From assembly GCA_020632515.1 (NCBI GenBank), contig JACKFK010000005.1:29327-93326 (forward strand): DNA of 64,000 bases, given 5' to 3'. Positions within the stretch are counted from its first letter, which is position 1; the number at the start of each line of letters is the position of its first letter. A program made the translations under genes and the position numbers. Below, piece after piece: positions 10,870 to 19,065 of the stretch. The notes below the pieces were generated by a model. It did not search any database and was not told the origin of the DNA. It saw only the letters and a list, made by a program, of their open reading frames with translations. The stretch is from Candidatus Omnitrophota bacterium (GTDB taxonomy: Bacteria; Omnitrophota; Gorgyraeia; Zapsychrales; Zapsychraceae).

Positions 10870-11088
10870 ATGTCAGATTTACCAATTGAAGAACTATTAG
10901 AAAAATCGGATTTTAGTATATATCGATTAGTGAGAATGGCGGCCAAAAGAGCGTTGGAGATATCGGAAGGAAGAAAATGTTTGGTAGAAAACCCTTCATC
11001 AGATAAAGCGACATCTATGGCTTTGGAAGAAATTTTTCAAGGAAAAATAGAATATAAAAGAAAAAATGGGGCATCGCCCAAAAAGTAG
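10870..11088 (+). CDS. rpoZ: RNA polymerase omega subunit
   Basis: 72 aa. The YRLVRMAAKRA motif and the position after gmk. SD AAGGAG upstream. Confidence 0.88.
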   Translation: MSDLPIEELLEKSDFSIYRLVRMAAKRALEISEGRKCLVENPSSDKATSMALEEIFQGKIEYKRKNGASPKK

Positions 11089-11100
11089 GAACGTTTATTT

Positions 11101-11652
11101 GTGAACAAATCTTTACGGGTTATTTTAGGTGTGACAGGAAGTATTGCTGCTTATAAAGCCGCAGAACTTTGTCGACGATTAAAGGAAAAAGATATTCGCG
11201 TTTCTGTTGTAATGACTAAATGCGCGGAGAAGTTTATCACTCCTCTGACGATGGCAGGATTGTCGGGGGAAAAGACGTATAATTCGCTGTTTGGAAAAAA
11301 TCAAGAAAACTCAATAATGCCGCACATTGATCTAGCGCAAGAGACAAGTGCGGTGGTAATTGCTCCAGCAACAGCGAATATTATTGGAAAAATGGCGTGT
11401 GGATTAGCAGACGATTTGCTAACGTGTATTGCTTTAGGAACGAAAGCTCCTATTTTGATTGCCCCAGCCATGAATACAGAAATGTATAATAATAAAATTG
11501 TACAGGAAAATTGTGAGAAATTAAAAAAGGCAGGGATGATGTTTATTACACCTGTGAGCGGAAAATTAGCGTGTGGGGTTGTGGGGCAAGGACATATAGC
11601 GGCAGAAGAAGATATTATAAACGCTGTTTTAAAGGCTATTAAATATAATTAA
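11101..11652 (+). CDS. coaC: Phosphopantothenoylcysteine decarboxylase (flavoprotein, CoaC half only)
   Basis: 183 aa. ILGVTGSIAAYKA and PAMN motifs of the Dfp N-terminal domain. No CoaB (synthetase) half follows. Confidence 0.8.
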   Translation: MNKSLRVILGVTGSIAAYKAAELCRRLKEKDIRVSVVMTKCAEKFITPLTMAGLSGEKTYNSLFGKNQENSIMPHIDLAQETSAVVIAPATANIIGKMACGLADDLLTCIALGTKAPILIAPAMNTEMYNNKIVQENCEKLKKAGMMFITPVSGKLACGVVGQGHIAAEEDIINAVLKAIKYN

Positions 11653-11721
11653 CATAAACACAATAGGCTTAAAAAATATTTTTAAGACTAATAAAAGTGA
11701 TTTAAGGTTAATGAGATTTTT

Positions 11722-11793
<72 letters not shown>

Positions 11794-11841
11794 TTTTAGG
11801 CGTTGTATCTTTTGATAAGAGACCGGAAATTAAAATTTTTT

Positions 11842-11924
11842 GGGCAAGTGGTGGAATGGCATACACGCAGGACTTAAAATCCTGTGGCCGTAAGGCCGTG
11901 TGGGTTCGACTCCCACCTTGCCCA
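11842..11924 (+). tRNA. tRNA-Leu (TAA)
   Basis: Acceptor GGGCAAG/CTTGCCC, anticodon loop CTTAAAA, long variable arm (GGCCGTAAGGCC), T-loop GGTTCGACTCC. Confidence 0.9.
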
Positions 11925-11987
11925 TGTTTACATTTAAAGGTGAAGCTTTTAACTTTTAGATTGGGTTATTAGAACAAAAGAATTTTC

Positions 11988-12026
11988 GGCCCCCGTAAAA
12001 CATTTCCACGGGGCCATTTCTTTTTT
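11988..12026 (+). terminator. Intrinsic terminator after tRNA-Cys/Leu
   Basis: GC stem GGCCCC(C)GT / ACGGGGCC, followed by ATTTCTTTTTT. Confidence 0.7.
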
Positions 12027-12050
12027 AAACGTGATTTATAGAATAAAAAA

Positions 12051-12127
12051 GGACCCGTAGCTCAGTTGGTTAGAGTGTTTCCTTGACATGGAAAAGGTCA
12101 CAAGTTCGAATCTTGTCGGGTCCACCA
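12051..12127 (+). tRNA. tRNA-Val (GAC), CCA encoded
   Basis: Acceptor GGACCCG/CGGGTCC, D-arm GCTCAGTTGGTTAGAG, anticodon loop TTGACAT, T-arm ACAAG-TTCGAAT-CTTGT, 3' ACCA. Confidence 0.92.
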
Positions 12128-12145
12128 GTTTAATTGGTAATTTTT

Positions 12146-13876
12146 ATGCAATACAAAACAGATTTAGATAAACTTCGTCATAGTTGCTCTCATGTAATGG
12201 CGCAAGCTGTAAAAGAGATTTGGCCGGAGGCGAAAGTGACGATAGGCCCTGCGATAGACGACGGATTTTATTACGACTTTGATAAGGAAGAACCTTTTTC
12301 TGATGAAGATCTAAAAAAGATTGAAAAGAGAATGCAGAAAATTATTAACAAAAATCCCAATTTTACACACAGCACGATGAAAAGGGATGAAGCTATAAAA
12401 CTTTTTAAGGACATGAAGGAAGATTATAAAGTCGAATTAATTGAATCTATCGGCGAGGAAGAAGTTTCTATTTATAAAACAGGGGAAGACTTTTTAGATT
12501 TATGTAAAGGTCCCCATGTAGAAAATGCAGGCCAGATCAAAGCTTTTAAGCTTTTATCCGTGGCTGGTTCCTATTGGCGTGGGGATGAGAAAAACGCTAA
12601 GCTGCAAAGAATATATGGAACATGTTTTTTTTCAAAGGAAGAATTACAAGAATATTTAAAAATATTAGAAGAAGCCCAAAAGAGAGATCATCGGAAGCTT
12701 GGTGTACAACTCGACTTTTTTAATTTTTATCATGAGGCGGCTGGAGCGGGGCTAGTTTTTTATCATCCTCCCGGGGCGATGTTAAGAAAAATTATTGAAG
12801 ATTATGTTCGGGAAAAACATTTGCAACATGGATACGAATTAGTAATGACTCCACATATCCTCAAGGGAAAGCTCTGGGAACAGAGCGGACATGCTGAACA
12901 TTATCGGGAAAATATGTATTATTTTAATGTGGATGAAGAAGAATATGCGGTTAAACCAATGAATTGTCCCGGACACATGTTGATTTATAAGTCTAAAATA
13001 CGATCTTATCGTGATATGCCTGTTCGATTTTTTGAGCTAGGAACAGTATATCGACAAGAAAAGGCAGGGGTTTTGCATGGCTTGTTGAGGGTTCGGGGGT
13101 TTACGCAAGATGATGCGCATATTTTCTGCCGAGAAGATCAAATACAAGATGAAGTTATGGGTGTTATTGATTTTGTATTTGAGGTTATGAAAGATTTTGG
13201 TTTTGAAAATATGAATATTGAATTGAGTACCAGACCGGAAAACTATATTGGGAGCTTAGACGCCTGGGATACGGCAACGAAGGCTTTAGAAAGTTCTTTA
13301 AAAGATAAAAAATTAGATTATCAAATTAATGAAGGCGACGGTGCTTTTTATGGCCCGAAAATCGATATAAAATTAAAAGATGCATTAAAACGAGAGTGGC
13401 AGTGTGCGACTATTCAATGTGACTTTTCTCTGCCCGAAAGATTTCAGCTGAAATATATTAATGAAGAAGGAACCGAAACGCGTCCGATTATGATTCATCG
13501 GGCAATTTTAGGAAGTATCGAACGGTTTATCGGAACTCTAATCGAACATTATGCTGGGGCTTTTCCTGTTTGGTTAGCACCAACACAGGTTGTTCTTATT
13601 CCAATAAATTCCGATCAAAGTGAATTTACAATGAAAGTAAAAGAGGATTTACAAAATAATGGATTTAGAGCTATAATTGATGCCAGAAATGAGAGCCTAA
13701 ACAAACGTATCCGCGAGGCTACGGTTAAGAAAGTTCCTTATTTGTTGATCATTGGGAATAAAGAGATGGAAAACAAAACAGTATCCGTTCGAAAATACGG
13801 TGTCGGCGATCAGGGCTCGGAAGATGTTCAGGCGTTCATTAATCGTATAATTTTAGAAAATGAACGAAAATCTTAA
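12146..13876 (+). CDS. thrS: Threonyl-tRNA synthetase (no N-terminal TGS domain)
   Basis: RHSCSHVMAQA editing-domain motif near the N-terminus, then RDHRKLG and a class II core. Start taken at ATG 12146; the ORF is open from TTG 12134. Confidence 0.93.
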   Translation: MQYKTDLDKLRHSCSHVMAQAVKEIWPEAKVTIGPAIDDGFYYDFDKEEPFSDEDLKKIEKRMQKIINKNPNFTHSTMKRDEAIKLFKDMKEDYKVELIESIGEEEVSIYKTGEDFLDLCKGPHVENAGQIKAFKLLSVAGSYWRGDEKNAKLQRIYGTCFFSKEELQEYLKILEEAQKRDHRKLGVQLDFFNFYHEAAGAGLVFYHPPGAMLRKIIEDYVREKHLQHGYELVMTPHILKGKLWEQSGHAEHYRENMYYFNVDEEEYAVKPMNCPGHMLIYKSKIRSYRDMPVRFFELGTVYRQEKAGVLHGLLRVRGFTQDDAHIFCREDQIQDEVMGVIDFVFEVMKDFGFENMNIELSTRPENYIGSLDAWDTATKALESSLKDKKLDYQINEGDGAFYGPKIDIKLKDALKREWQCATIQCDFSLPERFQLKYINEEGTETRPIMIHRAILGSIERFIGTLIEHYAGAFPVWLAPTQVVLIPINSDQSEFTMKVKEDLQNNGFRAIIDARNESLNKRIREATVKKVPYLLIIGNKEMENKTVSVRKYGVGDQGSEDVQAFINRIILENERKS

Positions 13877-13900
13877 GATATTTTAACAGGAGGTGTTACT

Positions 13901-14428
13901 ATTCAAAAATTTATTCGCGTTAATGAGAGGATAAAAGCTTCGGAAGTTAGGGTTATTGGTCCGGAATCAGAGCAATTGGGGGTCGTTAATATAAAGAGAG
14001 CTTTAGAGTTAGCCAAGGAAAGTGAATTAGATCTTGTGGAAATTGCCCCGACGGCAAAACCTCCTGTTTGCCGGATAATGGACTACAGTAAGTTTAAGTA
14101 TGATCAAGAAAAAAAAGAGCGTCTTATTCGGAAAAATCAAAAGGTCACGCATTTAAAACAAATCCGTTTAAAGCCGCACATCGATGATAACGATTTTAAA
14201 ATCAAATTAAGACAAGCGATAGGGTTTTTAGAGAAAAAAGATAAAGTAAAAGTAAATATGTTTTTCCGTGGACGGGAAATGATGCATAAAGAAATGGGAC
14301 GAGAAATTTTGGAAAAAATTATAGCGGAAGCAGCTCCATATGGACAACCTGAAAAAGCCCCTTCTATGGAGGGCCGTGTAATGTATATAGTTTTAGCTCC
14401 GACATCTGAAAAAACAAAAAAAGCATAA
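13901..14428 (+). CDS. infC: Translation initiation factor IF-3 (ATT start)
   Basis: The frame is open from 13877. ATT at 13901 lies 5 nt after AGGAGGTG and gives IQKFIRVNERIKASEVRVIGPESEQLG..., the normal IF-3 N-terminus. An AUU start is the known autoregulatory feature of infC. The ORF track begins only at an internal TTG (13976). Confidence 0.88.
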   Translation: MQKFIRVNERIKASEVRVIGPESEQLGVVNIKRALELAKESELDLVEIAPTAKPPVCRIMDYSKFKYDQEKKERLIRKNQKVTHLKQIRLKPHIDDNDFKIKLRQAIGFLEKKDKVKVNMFFRGREMMHKEMGREILEKIIAEAAPYGQPEKAPSMEGRVMYIVLAPTSEKTKKA

Positions 14429-14489
14429 AAGCGTTAGCGCGTATAACAGCAGAGTATGGGAATGCTTTTTAAGAAAGGAAAAAATTGAA

Positions 14490-14687
14490 ATGCCAAAATT
14501 AAAAACAAATCGATCGGTAGCGAAACGATTGAAAACAACAAAAACAGGAAAGTTAAAAAAGAGAAGCGCAAATAGAGGACATATATTAGGAAAAATGTCG
14601 AGAAAAACTAAACGTAAGCTCCGTCAAGGTGGATATTTATCAGAGGCTGATGCTAAAAAAATAAGGAGGTTGTTGCCGTATGGTTAG
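14490..14687 (+). CDS. rpmI: 50S ribosomal protein L35
   Basis: MPKLKTNRSVAKR...; in the infC-rpmI-rplT order. Confidence 0.93.
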   Translation: MPKLKTNRSVAKRLKTTKTGKLKKRSANRGHILGKMSRKTKRKLRQGGYLSEADAKKIRRLLPYG

Positions 14688-15045
14688 GATTAAAAGCTGT
14701 GTTACAGCGCATAAAAGAAAAAAAAGAGTTTTAAAACAGGCCAAAGGGCACTTTGGTCATCGCAGTAAGCGATATAAACAGGCTAAAAAATCTGTTATAA
14801 AAGGGCTTCAATATCAATATCGAGATCGACGACTTATGAAAAGAGATTTTCGTAGTTTGTGGATTATTCGTATTAATGCTGCATGCCAAGAAGAAGGCAT
14901 TACATACAGCCGGTTTATTAGCGGTTTGTCAAATGCCGAAGTTGTTGTAAATCGAAAAGTAATTGCGGAATTAGCGGTTAGTTCGCCGGAAGCTTTTCGA
15001 CATCTCGTAAAAGTTGCTAATGAAGCGAATAAGAAAAATAATTAA
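14680..15045 (+). CDS. rplT: 50S ribosomal protein L20
   Basis: MVRIKSCVTAHKRKKRVLKQAKG...RINAA; overlaps the rpmI stop. Confidence 0.93.
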   Translation: MVRIKSCVTAHKRKKRVLKQAKGHFGHRSKRYKQAKKSVIKGLQYQYRDRRLMKRDFRSLWIIRINAACQEEGITYSRFISGLSNAEVVVNRKVIAELAVSSPEAFRHLVKVANEANKKNN

Positions 15046-15110
15046 AAATTACACTTTTTATGTAATTCGCTATAAAGTGTATTTATGAGTAAATTCTAAA
15101 TTGAAAAGTT

Positions 15111-15144
15111 ATAAACAAGGCCCTTATTATAGGGCCTTGTTTAT
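15111..15144 (+). terminator. Perfect 14-bp hairpin after rplT (terminator-like, weak U tract)
   Basis: ATAAACAAGGCCCT - TATTAT - AGGGCCTTGTTTAT. It ends 2 nt before the trkA SD GAGGAG. Confidence 0.45.
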
Positions 15145-15156
15145 GTGAGGAGCACG

Positions 15157-16503
15157 ATGAATATAATTATTGTTGGCGCAGGGAGAATAGGTACTAATCT
15201 TTCAAAATCTTTGGCGCTTGAAAATAATGAAGTGTATCTCATCGAAAGAAATGAAGAAAAAGGGCGAAAGATTGCCGAGAAGGTTGATGCTAAACTTATA
15301 ATTGGCAATGGGGCGGATCCAGAAACATTGTTAAAAGCCCAGGTTGGAAAAGCCGATTTAGTTTTAGCTGTGACAACTTCAGATGAAACAAATCTTGTTG
15401 TATGTTCTCTTGCGCATTCGTTTGGGGCGAAAAGAAAAATCGCGCGGGTGAGAAATACCTCGCTAAGCGATACTTTAGCAAACTTTGGATATACTCATTT
15501 TAAAATCGATAATATTATTAACCCGGAATTGGTTGCGGCACAAGAAATCGTTAAAACAGTTCAAACACCCGGGGCTAGTGAGGTTGCAGATTTTGCCGAC
15601 GGTAAAATTTTATTAAGAGGATTCGATATCCCTGAAAATTCTCCTTTGTGTGGCGCAAAGGTTTCTGATTTCAAGGATGAAGATTTCCCTTGGCCATTTT
15701 TAATTGTTTCAATAATAAGAAAAGATGAAGTTATTATTCCGCAAGGAGAAACAGAGCTTTGTTCGAAAGATCATATTTATGTATTGCTGCCGGTTCAATC
15801 ATTAGCGGAGTTTCTAACATATGTTAATCCGAGTATCAAAATGCCCAAAAAAGTAGTTATTTATGGCGCCACGCGAACAGGACGACATGTCGCGGAAAAA
15901 TTATCGGAAAAAATCAAAGATATTATGCTTATTGAAGAAGATGAAACAGCTGCCCAAAATGTTGCGGGTGAGTTAAAGGGAACGCGAATCATAAATGGGT
16001 CCGCGTCGGAACAAGATATTTTAAGTGAGTGTGGCATTGAAGCCGCGGACGCGTTTATTGCAACGTCGAATAATGACCACTCTAATTTGATAAGTTCTGT
16101 CTTGGCTAAAAAAATGGGGGCAAAAATAACGTTGATTATGACCCAGCAGCCTGATTATTTATCAATTGTCGATCAATTAGGAATTGATGCTATTATTAAT
16201 CCTCATTATTTAGCGGTTAAACAAATATTACATCTTGTAAGAGGGAAAGGCATTAGCTCTGTAACAAAGCTTCTTGAATCTGACATGGAAGTTTTAGAAT
16301 TTATTCCCGAAGCAGGAGCTTCTATTACAAAAGCGCCATTAAAAAAATTAAAATTTCCTAAAGATTCTATTATTGGCGCAGTGCATAATGGCGAAAACGT
16401 TGAACTTGCCAATGGAGATACCCATATCCAAGAGGGACAAAAAGTTATTGTTTTTTGTCATTCTTCAGCCGTTAAAAAATTCCAAGAACTAGTTACTCAT
16501 TAA
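15157..16503 (+). CDS. trkA: Trk potassium uptake system, NAD-binding subunit TrkA
   Basis: Two RCK/TrkA-N Rossmann units (IIIVGAGRIG; VVIYGATRTG), each followed by a TrkA-C domain. Confidence 0.88.
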   Translation: MNIIIVGAGRIGTNLSKSLALENNEVYLIERNEEKGRKIAEKVDAKLIIGNGADPETLLKAQVGKADLVLAVTTSDETNLVVCSLAHSFGAKRKIARVRNTSLSDTLANFGYTHFKIDNIINPELVAAQEIVKTVQTPGASEVADFADGKILLRGFDIPENSPLCGAKVSDFKDEDFPWPFLIVSIIRKDEVIIPQGETELCSKDHIYVLLPVQSLAEFLTYVNPSIKMPKKVVIYGATRTGRHVAEKLSEKIKDIMLIEEDETAAQNVAGELKGTRIINGSASEQDILSECGIEAADAFIATSNNDHSNLISSVLAKKMGAKITLIMTQQPDYLSIVDQLGIDAIINPHYLAVKQILHLVRGKGISSVTKLLESDMEVLEFIPEAGASITKAPLKKLKFPKDSIIGAVHNGENVELANGDTHIQEGQKVIVFCHSSAVKKFQELVTH

Positions 16504-16530
16504 TTTTTTATAAGACCCGTCTAGAATACG

Positions 16531-17985
16531 ATGCATAAAAAATTTGTTTTAAATATTATTTCACGGATAGTTCTAACAGTGTGTTTTTTTATGCTGCTGC
16601 CTCTTGGCTGGGCGGTCTATGACGACATTCATAGCCAAGAAAGCAAAGCCTTTATGTTTACAATCTTTCTTGGAATGATTGTTTCCAACACCCTCTTAAC
16701 CATTTTTAAAATTAAGAAAGATGAAACAAAAAAAGTTAATGCAAAAGATGGTTTAGCCATTGTTGGTCTTTCGTGGATTATTCTTTCAGCCATAGGAGCT
16801 TTGCCTTTATATCTTAGCGGAGTTGCGCATAATTTTACGGACGCGTATTTTGAGATCGTTAGTGGTTTTACGACAACGGGAGCAACTATTTTTAATGATA
16901 TAGAAATTTTACCTCGAGGAATTTTATTTTGGAGAAGCTTAACTCATTGGCTCGGGGGGATGGGAATCATTGTTTTATTTATAGCCCTTTTACCTGCGCT
17001 AGGAACAAACGCTTCCAAACTGTACAAAGCGGAAGCCCCGGGGATAACAGTGGAGCGAATAGAGCCAAGGATTAAAGAAACAGCCAAAGATTTATGGACC
17101 GTTTATTTTATATTATCATTTCTTCAAACTATTTTTTTGATGGGCGGAGGTATGTCTTTTTTTGATGCGTTATGCCATACTTTTGGTACCGTCGCGACAG
17201 GAGGTTTTTCCACAAAAAACGCGAGCATTGCCGCTTACGATTCGTATATTCAATGGATTATCATTGTGTTTATGCTGCTGGCGGGATCGAATTTTATTCT
17301 GCATTATTTGGCTATTATAGGAAAACCTAAGGCTTATTTTCGAGATGAGGAATTTAGAGCCTACTTTATAATTGTTATTGTTCTCATTATTTTATTTGCG
17401 GGAACTTTAGAAATTAATCATTTGTCATTTCATCCAATTAGAGATGCAGCTTTTCAAATAATTTCTTTGATAACAACAACAGGATATGTAACAGCAGACT
17501 ACGAAGTATGGCCGAATACGCTTAAGTTTGTTCTTGTTATGTTGATGTTTATTGGTGGTTGTGGAGGATCAACAGGTGGTGGAATGAAGTTTATTAGATT
17601 CTTTTTAACAATTAAGATTGCCTTAAGATCTATTGTCCAGGCGGTTTATCCAAATGCGGTAATTCCTATAAAATTTAATGCTAAGCCCTTGCCCGAAAAA
17701 TTAATTTTTTCTGTTTTGGCTTTTTTTATGATTTTTTTACATTTAATTTTTTTGGGAGGGATTTTGTTTTCCATAACAGAAAATTGTGATTTAATAACGG
17801 CTTTCACAGCTTCTGTATCCGCGATTAGTAACATTGGACCAGGGTTAGGAGAGATTGGGGCTACAAAGAATTTCGCTTGGATTTCCATTCCCGGGAAATG
17901 GCTGCTCATTTTTCTTATGTTAGCCGGACGTCTAGAACTTTATTCGATCTTAATTTTATTTGTTCCTGCGACATGGAAAAAATAA
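16531..17985 (+). CDS. trkH: Trk potassium uptake system, membrane subunit TrkH
   Basis: 484 aa polytopic protein with repeated selectivity-filter-like segments (TTTGAT, TGGFS, TTTGY, IGPGLG). Confidence 0.88.
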   Translation: MHKKFVLNIISRIVLTVCFFMLLPLGWAVYDDIHSQESKAFMFTIFLGMIVSNTLLTIFKIKKDETKKVNAKDGLAIVGLSWIILSAIGALPLYLSGVAHNFTDAYFEIVSGFTTTGATIFNDIEILPRGILFWRSLTHWLGGMGIIVLFIALLPALGTNASKLYKAEAPGITVERIEPRIKETAKDLWTVYFILSFLQTIFLMGGGMSFFDALCHTFGTVATGGFSTKNASIAAYDSYIQWIIIVFMLLAGSNFILHYLAIIGKPKAYFRDEEFRAYFIIVIVLIILFAGTLEINHLSFHPIRDAAFQIISLITTTGYVTADYEVWPNTLKFVLVMLMFIGGCGGSTGGGMKFIRFFLTIKIALRSIVQAVYPNAVIPIKFNAKPLPEKLIFSVLAFFMIFLHLIFLGGILFSITENCDLITAFTASVSAISNIGPGLGEIGATKNFAWISIPGKWLLIFLMLAGRLELYSILILFVPATWKK

Positions 17986-18051
17986 TCTTTTATGGATAAA
18001 AGAGGGATGTTATAATTCGAAACAATATTGAAATTAATTTAGGGTAATTTT

Positions 18052-19056
18052 ATGGACTGGAATTTAGAAGAAACGGAAAAAAAGGCTCTTATTGAAATCA
18101 AAAATGCCGTTGACGAAAAAGAGTTGGAAGTTTTCCGGATAAAATATTTAGGTAGAAAAGGGGTCGTTCAGGAAATTTTTTCTTACCTAGGAAAAGTACC
18201 TAAAGAGGATAAGCCTTTATTTGGGCAAAAGGCAAACTCCTTGAGAAACAATATTACAAAAGCCATTGAAACCAAAAAGCAATCTTTCATAGAAAAGACA
18301 AAAGATTTTTTAAATCTTGACGTCACCCTTCCGGGAGTTGCCGTTTCTTTAGGGCATAAACATTTAATTACTCAAACCATAGATGAAATTTGTTCGTTAT
18401 TTGAGACGTTAGGATTTGTTATTCAAGAAGGACCAGAAATCGAAACAGAGGCTCACAATTTTGAGGGATTAAATATTCCCGAAGATCATCCTTCAAGAGA
18501 TGGTTTTGATACTTTTTATTTAGAGGCTGAGGACCCTTATGAAAAAAATAAAAATTTGCTATTGCGCAGTCATACCTCTCCGGGCCAAATCAGAATTATG
18601 AAAGAACACAAACCTCCGTTGGCCGTGGTTATTCCAGGACGGGTTTATCGGCCTGATGCGGTTGATGCTAGCCATTCATTTATGTTTCATCAGATAGAGG
18701 GGCTTTTAGTTGATAAAGATATTAAATTTTCAGATTTAAAGGGTTTGTTAACAGATTTTTGTCAGAAATTTTTTGGTAAAAATATTAATATGAGGTTTCG
18801 TCCGCATTATTTTCCTTTTACAGAACCTTCGGCAGAAGTAGATATTTCATGGAAAGATGGGAAAAAAGAATGGCTTGAAATAATGGGGTGTGGGATGGTT
18901 CATCCTAAAGTGTTCGAGTTTGTTGGCTATAAAAAAGGCGCTTATACAGGTCTTGCCTTTGGGCTCGGGGTAGAACGTATTGCCATGCTAAAACACGGCG
19001 TTTCCGATATCCGGACGTTTTATGAAAACGATAATCGGTTTTTAAAACAATTTTAA
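18052..19056 (+). CDS. pheS: Phenylalanyl-tRNA synthetase alpha subunit
   Basis: RSHTSPGQIR, FRPHYFPFTEPSAEVD, GLGVERIAML. Confidence 0.95.
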   Translation: MDWNLEETEKKALIEIKNAVDEKELEVFRIKYLGRKGVVQEIFSYLGKVPKEDKPLFGQKANSLRNNITKAIETKKQSFIEKTKDFLNLDVTLPGVAVSLGHKHLITQTIDEICSLFETLGFVIQEGPEIETEAHNFEGLNIPEDHPSRDGFDTFYLEAEDPYEKNKNLLLRSHTSPGQIRIMKEHKPPLAVVIPGRVYRPDAVDASHSFMFHQIEGLLVDKDIKFSDLKGLLTDFCQKFFGKNINMRFRPHYFPFTEPSAEVDISWKDGKKEWLEIMGCGMVHPKVFEFVGYKKGAYTGLAFGLGVERIAMLKHGVSDIRTFYENDNRFLKQF

Positions 19057-19065
19057 TTTAAAGAA

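Noticed and set aside
17986-18003. A small hairpin TCTTTTA-TGGA-TAAAAGA after trkH, considered as a terminator.
   Set aside because: The stem is A/T-only and no U tract follows.
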